Below, piece by piece: positions 59,067 to 64,000 of a stretch of 64,000 nt of DNA. The stretch lies in IMG/VR virus record IMGVR_UViG_3300009873_000001. One strand, written 5' to 3'. The notes beneath the pieces are model-generated. The model saw only the letters and a program-made list of their open reading frames with translations, did not search any database and was not told where the DNA came from. The DNA comes from a virus (Duplodnaviria; Caudoviricetes). The position numbers were made by a program, and so were the translations under genes. Numbering within the stretch: position 1 is the first letter of the stretch; each line of letters begins with the position of its first letter.

Positions 59067-60014
59067 TCAACCGCGGCGCATGATCTCGCGCACGAGCGCC
59101 GCGGCCACCGGTGGACAGACAGCGTTTCCGAGCAGCTTCACCGAATCGCAGATCGAGTCCGGCAGCCAGTAGCGGTCTGGGAAGCCCATGCCGCAGCGGT
59201 ACTCGTCGGCCGTCAACATGCGCATTTCGTCGCCGGACTTGCCGCTGCGCACGAGCGCCATTTGGTGCTTGGTGGTCACGGTCGGGAGCGGCCTGTCGAG
59301 AGAACGCCCCGGGTGTCCGGTGACGTGCTGGGTCATGAACATGCCGCGCGGGAATGTCTTTCTGCCCTTGGCAACGCGCGCGCGGACGGCTGGCGGCTTC
59401 GAAGCCACGGGCTCCCAGTTGCCGGCGTTCGAATCGACACAGCTCTTGAAGGCGACGTGCTCGCGGTGGCGCGGGTTCAGGACCAGCGGCTTTCGGCCGC
59501 GGGTCGCCAGTATGAACAGACGCTTTCGGTCCTGCGGCACGCCGAAGTCGGCGGCGTTGAGAACGTGCTCGGAGAGCGAGTAGCCGAGGTCGTTCCAGTA
59601 GCCGCACCAGGCCTTGAAGCCGATCCAGTTCTTGAAGTCGACCACGTTCTCGACCAGCACGAACGGAGGATCGTGGACTTCGGCACAGCTCGGCACGGCC
59701 CAGGCCGTGGCGCGGTATTCGTCGTGGCGCGGAGCCGTGCCGCGGCGCCTGCGCGCGAGCTGCCTGGTCGCGGCCTGGGAGTGGCCCTGGCAAGCGGGAG
59801 ACGCGAGCACTAGGTCCATGCTCGGGACCTCGAACCAGTTGGCCTGGTGCAGATCCTGAACGACGTGCTTGGTCTTGGGGTGGTTTCTCTGGTGAACGTT
59901 GACGGCCAGCGCCCAGTGGTTGGCGGCCCATAGGACTTGAGCACCGGCCTGCTCGGCGCCCTCAGAAAACCCGCCCAGGCCAGCGAACATGTCGATCGCG
60001 GTGAGTTTGCTCAC
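59067..60014 (-). CDS. DNA (cytosine-5) methyltransferase 2
   Basis: DMFAGLGG, ASPACQ, VENV, PQDRKRL, GNAV; GTG 60014 overlaps upstream TGA. Confidence 0.92.
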   Translation of the reverse strand: MSKLTAIDMFAGLGGFSEGAEQAGAQVLWAANHWALAVNVHQRNHPKTKHVVQDLHQANWFEVPSMDLVLASPACQGHSQAATRQLARRRRGTAPRHDEYRATAWAVPSCAEVHDPPFVLVENVVDFKNWIGFKAWCGYWNDLGYSLSEHVLNAADFGVPQDRKRLFILATRGRKPLVLNPRHREHVAFKSCVDSNAGNWEPVASKPPAVRARVAKGRKTFPRGMFMTQHVTGHPGRSLDRPLPTVTTKHQMALVRSGKSGDEMRMLTADEYRCGMGFPDRYWLPDSICDSVKLLGNAVCPPVAAALVREIMRRG

Positions 60015-60628
60015 GCGCTGATCCCGCTGGCCCAGGGCTGAATGCAGCCGCGCTGCGCGAGCGTCGCCCACACGAGATCCGCGCGCGGCTCGACCAGCGC
60101 TTCCCCATCCAGGTTCAGAGCGCCGTCTCCGTGCAGCTCGAGCGCGCGCATGATCGCCAGGAGCGATTGCCCCACGAGCCAGCCTGAGACCTCTTTGCGT
60201 AGCTGGTCGTAGGCCGCGTCGAGGCTGCCCACACAGCCGGCCATGAGCACGTCATAGAGATCGCTGCTCTTGCCCAGCAACTCCTCTACGTCGACCGTGC
60301 CCTGCCTGAGCCGGCAGTCTCCGTCGAGCACGGGATCGATCAGGATCGTATCCGTGGACGTCGGGTCGAAGAACACGGCGCCGCTGGCTATGTCGAGTGG
60401 ATCGCGGCTGCCGGCCGCCAAGAGGAACCGCCAGTCTTCGCTCCTGATTCCGTCTTCGGTGACTAGGGCTCGCGGCCCTGGTAGCTCCAGCGCGCGCGTG
60501 TCGAGTTCGGTGGCTACCACCACGGGGTCCCGGCCGCGGCGCAGCTGCTCGACACCAAGGTCTGTCAGCTGTACGAGACCGACCCTGGCCCTGTTGTGCG
60601 CGACGCGTTCGAAAAAAGGATGGTTCAT
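60011..60628 (-). CDS. Hypothetical protein
   Basis: Likely start ATG 60628; coupled to the methyltransferase. Confidence 0.6.
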   Translation of the reverse strand: MNHPFFERVAHNRARVGLVQLTDLGVEQLRRGRDPVVVATELDTRALELPGPRALVTEDGIRSEDWRFLLAAGSRDPLDIASGAVFFDPTSTDTILIDPVLDGDCRLRQGTVDVEELLGKSSDLYDVLMAGCVGSLDAAYDQLRKEVSGWLVGQSLLAIMRALELHGDGALNLDGEALVEPRADLVWATLAQRGCIQPWASGISA

Positions 60629-60782
60629 TCGCTCTAGAGGAGACGAGCCCGAAGGGCTCCGCACTCTTGGGGTGTTGATTGGGGTGAGCGCGACAGCCCT
60701 TCGGGCTCCCATGGCGAAAGAAGGCCAAGGAACGCCCCTGGCACCTCTGATTCTAGACCCTGCTACTGACAGGCGCAGCAAG

Positions 60783-60823
60783 GCCAGTACAGACCGCAAC
60801 CCCGCCTGGAAGCGGGGTTGCGG
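60783..60823 (-). terminator. 12-bp hairpin plus TGTACTGGC tail downstream of groES
   Basis: Minus strand: ccgcaaccccgc-ttccag-gcggggttgcgg-tctgtactggc. Confidence 0.55.
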
Positions 60824-60900
60824 CCCGGAGTGTGAATGATCAACCCGACGCCCCACGAGGGCGTCCATGGCAGTCTATCAAGAAGCCCGCGCCTGTCGGC

Positions 60901-61197
60901 CTACTCCTCGCGGACGACGCACACGAGGTCGCCCTCGCGGAGGAGAATCAGGTTCTCGTCGTTGACCTTGATATCGGTCCCGGCGTACTTGCTGTAGACC
61001 ACCACGTCGTCCTTCTTCACCGAAACCGGGACTCGCTCGCCGTTCTCTCTCTTGCCTGGCCCGACGGCCAGGATCTGGCCTCTGACCGGCTTTTCCTTGG
61101 CGTTTTCTGGCAGGTGAATGCCGCCCCTGGTCACGCCCGAGTCTTCGATCGGCCTCACCAGCACGCGGTCGTCCAGGGGCTCGACGACGATTCCCAT
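60901..61197 (-). CDS. groES: Co-chaperonin GroES
   Basis: PLDDRVLV, TRGGIHLP..AKEKP..G.ILAVGPG, YSKYAGT, LILLREGD. Confidence 0.95.
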   Translation of the reverse strand: MGIVVEPLDDRVLVRPIEDSGVTRGGIHLPENAKEKPVRGQILAVGPGKRENGERVPVSVKKDDVVVYSKYAGTDIKVNDENLILLREGDLVCVVREE

Positions 61198-61293
61198 TTT
61201 CTTCTCCTCTCTTTTGATCCGGTAGCAAGCGTTGCAGTGCGGATTCTACCCTGCCTTGGCGACAGCCTGCCAGAGCCTTGGTACGCTTAAAGC

Positions 61294-62031
61294 ATGTCTA
61301 CAGAACTGCCTGAGTCAGACGGTGTGTATCTGAAGTCGATCGCAGAGACGGCCGGATTCGATCCGGTCAGAACCTGGGGCGAAGGCCCGCTGCTGTTGAT
61401 CAAGGCCAGTGAGCCGTGCGGCGAAGCGCCGTTCATGTTCACTACGCCCAAGGACCCCGACCAGGACTTGGATCACGCTTGTCTGATCTCGACGACCAAA
61501 CTGCTCGAGCAGGGCGGCCCGCTGTCCGCGTACCTTTCTCGCCGGGCGGCGGTGCTGCCGATCAGGAAGTCGAAGCGAAACGCCTGGACGGAGATCACGG
61601 TCGGCAGGGCGCGGAACAACGACATTCGCATTTCAGACACAGGCGTGAGCAAGGTTCACGCGTACATCATGCCGCCTCCTGGCTGGCCCATGGTCGACGG
61701 AGAGTGGAAGATTCGCGACTGCTGGAGCACGAACGGCACGTTCATACTCACCGGCTCGGGTCCGGTTACCGTGCCCATGAAAGAGGGCCTCCTGCTCAAG
61801 GCCGGTGTGGAGATCAGGTTCGGCACCGTGGACGCGATCTTCCTCGACCCCGACACGCTCCGGTCGGCACTGGACTACGCCAAACGGCAATGGGATCTGC
61901 TCGACAAAGAAGCGAGCAAGAAACGTTCTTCAGATACAGACTTGCGAAAGCGGATCGCGGATCCCGACGAAACCAAGGCAGACAACAGGCGTCTCGACGA
62001 AAGCGCAGAAGAACTAGATCCATTCGACTAG
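61294..62031 (+). CDS. FHA domain protein
   Basis: ITVGR..NDI..VSKVHA..IRD..STNGTF. Confidence 0.9.
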   Translation: MSTELPESDGVYLKSIAETAGFDPVRTWGEGPLLLIKASEPCGEAPFMFTTPKDPDQDLDHACLISTTKLLEQGGPLSAYLSRRAAVLPIRKSKRNAWTEITVGRARNNDIRISDTGVSKVHAYIMPPPGWPMVDGEWKIRDCWSTNGTFILTGSGPVTVPMKEGLLLKAGVEIRFGTVDAIFLDPDTLRSALDYAKRQWDLLDKEASKKRSSDTDLRKRIADPDETKADNRRLDESAEELDPFD

Positions 62032-62077
62032 TGGCGCCATTAGTCGAGCGTGGGAAGATAATGAGGACGGAGGCTCT

Positions 62078-63100
62078 ATGTCCTTCCTGACTGCTCCGAC
62101 TTCCAGAGACGTGGCTGTGGCCCGCGGCTTCGGGGGCATGGGCGGCGTGCTTCAAATGGCCGAGCTCGTCCCCTCCTCCGGCGCCTACCCGGCCCCTCCG
62201 AACTGGCCGCCGCCTGTGGGCGTGGCCTATCACGAGCCCGTAGGCAAGAGCACCGGGCTCAGCGACTGGATGGAGCTGTCCGGCATGGGGCAGGGCGGGC
62301 GCGCGGTTCCAGCGCGGCGAATCCGCAACTTCGAGACGGCCAGCGAGCTGGAGGCCTCGCCTGAGGTCTTCGGCCTGGGAGCCGGAGAGGGTCGCGCGGT
62401 GCCGGTGCGCATGCTTCGCCGCGGTGAATTCGAAACGCCGCAGCAGCTCATGAACACGCCCGAGTTCTTCGGCATGGGCGCGCGGCACGGCGTCGTGCGG
62501 CGCCGGCCGGCGGTGTCGAACGGGAACTACCTGGGCGTCGCGCCGCCGTCCGGTCGCCCGGTGCCCGTCAGCTCGCTCGAGCGCGGGGAGTTCGAGACCG
62601 GCGGCCAGCTGGTCTCGACGAGCCGCGTGTTCCCCACGGCACAGCGCCGCCGTCAGAGCCGCTACCGGACCGGCCTGAGCGGACTCGGGCAAGGCTACGC
62701 CGACCCGAACATTCCGCTGCCGAGCTTCTACGCCGATCCCAGCAACGTGCCTCTGCCGGAATACAAGGTCGGCGGCAAGGTCGTGGCCCGCTACGCGGCT
62801 CCGTCCGAGGCCACGGTCAGGACCGCGTACCTCGACCGCCAGGTCGAGCTGCCGGCGTTCTACGAGCACCCGCAGCTCGGCCCGTGGGGCGTCGATCCGC
62901 GGGTGGCGTACCAGTACTGGTGGGCTCAGCAAATGGCCCTGCAGTCGGCGCCGTACGCGACGCCCATGGCGGTGTGGGGTTCGCCCGGCTTCGTGCCCAC
63001 CACGCCAGCGCTGCCAGCGACTCAAGTCGCGCGTCCGGCAGCGTTCGACCCGTACACGAACGCCTTCCCGGTGGCCGGCACGGCAGTCGAGAACTTCTAA
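62078..63100 (+). CDS. GLG-punctuated repeat protein with DWMELSGMG
   Basis: GGAGG RBS; three GR.VP...FET repeats separated by GLG/GMG; ends VENF. Confidence 0.7.
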   Translation: MSFLTAPTSRDVAVARGFGGMGGVLQMAELVPSSGAYPAPPNWPPPVGVAYHEPVGKSTGLSDWMELSGMGQGGRAVPARRIRNFETASELEASPEVFGLGAGEGRAVPVRMLRRGEFETPQQLMNTPEFFGMGARHGVVRRRPAVSNGNYLGVAPPSGRPVPVSSLERGEFETGGQLVSTSRVFPTAQRRRQSRYRTGLSGLGQGYADPNIPLPSFYADPSNVPLPEYKVGGKVVARYAAPSEATVRTAYLDRQVELPAFYEHPQLGPWGVDPRVAYQYWWAQQMALQSAPYATPMAVWGSPGFVPTTPALPATQVARPAAFDPYTNAFPVAGTAVENF

Positions 63101-63119
63101 ACTCTCGATCACTCCACTT

Positions 63120-63162
63120 ACGACGCGCCGCCGACCCGTGCGGCGCGTCGTCGTGTACAGGC
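63120..63162 (+). terminator. 12-bp hairpin plus TGTACAGGC tail
   Basis: acgacgcgccgc-cgacccgt-gcggcgcgtcgt followed by cgtgtacaggc. Confidence 0.55.
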
Positions 63163-63302
63163 GGCTCGGTTGGCCGCCTCCGCGCTTCTTTAGAACTGTT
63201 TAGTGACGAGGGTTTTAACGAGATAGGCAACGCACTGCCCTTCACTTTCGCTCTCCTGCACGACTACTTTGAATTCAAAGAAGAGTGGGAGGAGGGGCGC
63301 GT

Positions 63303-63722
63303 GTGCGACCAATATCAGACCGCGATCTCGTGCGGCTCGAGCAGCTGTGCGCCGAAAACCTTTGCTTCCCCGTGCGCGCGAGCCTCGAGATCGCGGTCGC
63401 CTACAAGCTCGTCAGCGAGCTCAGGCTTCTCCGGACCAAAGCCGCAGACCTCGAAGACCGGCTCTTCAGGATCAGCGTCGCAGCAGAAGAGGAGGCCTTT
63501 AGAGTCGAAGTCTGCGAAACGGTCGATCGATTGGTGGAAAGCGACGTTGATCTTCCTGCTGGTCCTCTGGTGCGCGGTCGCCTGTCTCGGCTGCGGGCCG
63601 AAACGCCGCGGCGTCCACTACGTTCCCCCGCCAGACGTGACGGTAGTGGAGGGGCCGTTCAAGATCTCGTTCTTCAAGCCGGACATGACGCCGGACCGGA
63701 ATTGCAGTCCAGAACGGCGTGA
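63303..63722 (+). CDS. Hypothetical helical protein
   Basis: GGAGG RBS before GTG 63303; ISDRDLVRLEQ; 3' part overlaps the next frame. Confidence 0.5.
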   Translation: MRPISDRDLVRLEQLCAENLCFPVRASLEIAVAYKLVSELRLLRTKAADLEDRLFRISVAAEEEAFRVEVCETVDRLVESDVDLPAGPLVRGRLSRLRAETPRRPLRSPARRDGSGGAVQDLVLQAGHDAGPELQSRTA

Positions 63723-64000
63723 TCTGCTGGTCAAGGCCTGTATGGCCAAGAAGCAGGCCTACGAGCGCGCCTTCGTATGGACGATCCCGGACAGCTGGGT
63801 CGAGGTCTTCACGGAAGGGAATTGGGCGGCCAGCGGCGGATTCCCGAACGGCGGCGGTTGCTACATAGCACCTTCCAGAATCGGCGTGAGGGCAGGGGCC
63901 AACGACGACGTCCCCGACTTCTGTCATGAGCTGCACCACCAACAACTGTGGTACAGGACCGGCGTCACCGACTCCGGCCACCACCACCCGACCTGGAAGA
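63547..64000 (+). CDS. Partial lipoprotein-like HExxH metallopeptidase; start uncertain, runs off the window
   Basis: Open frame absent from the ORF track: LIFLLVLWCAVACLGC, then HELHH at 63925-63939. Confidence 0.55.
   Translation, partial: MIFLLVLWCAVACLGCGPKRRGVHYVPPPDVTVVEGPFKISFFKPDMTPDRNCSPERRDLLVKACMAKKQAYERAFVWTIPDSWVEVFTEGNWAASGGFPNGGGCYIAPSRIGVRAGANDDVPDFCHELHHQQLWYRTGVTDSGHHHPTWK

Overview
GC-rich, densely coding 64-kb segment that reads as part of a large prokaryotic dsDNA virus or provirus; both window edges fall inside genes. No terminase, portal, tape-measure or sheath gene is recognisable. Layout: (1) 1-13.3 kb, a run of small C-terminally membrane-anchored and Pro-rich proteins carrying a recurring hydrophobic-x-G-[LM]-G motif, then Asn-Pro-punctuated modular proteins and an Arg-rich membrane protein; (2) 13.5-18.7 kb, a candidate capsid block with one single-domain and two tandem-domain jelly-roll-like proteins; (3) 19-33 kb, collagen-like fibres and beta-propeller/spike cassettes, interrupted by a DNA-modification trio (C5 methyltransferase, TGT/DpdA-like protein, small protein), each with a QxxLF clamp-like motif; (4) 33-36.5 kb, accessory genes including a capsid-protein paralog, ASCH and WYL; (5) 36.5-42.4 kb, a glycosylation/O-methylation cluster; (6) 43-51.5 kb, a third collagen and a duplicated three-gene spike cassette split by an inverted Ser/Thr kinase; (7) 51.5-64 kb, more GLG proteins, a phosphatase-HIT fusion, an inverted propeller cassette, a second C5 methyltransferase, groES and an FHA protein. 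Best inference: a tailless, internal-membrane, jelly-roll-capsid virus with glycosylated collagen fibres and a short-motif code (GLG, NP, QxxLF) for processing or sorting its proteins. Fold and virus assignments come from motif reading only; no searches were run.
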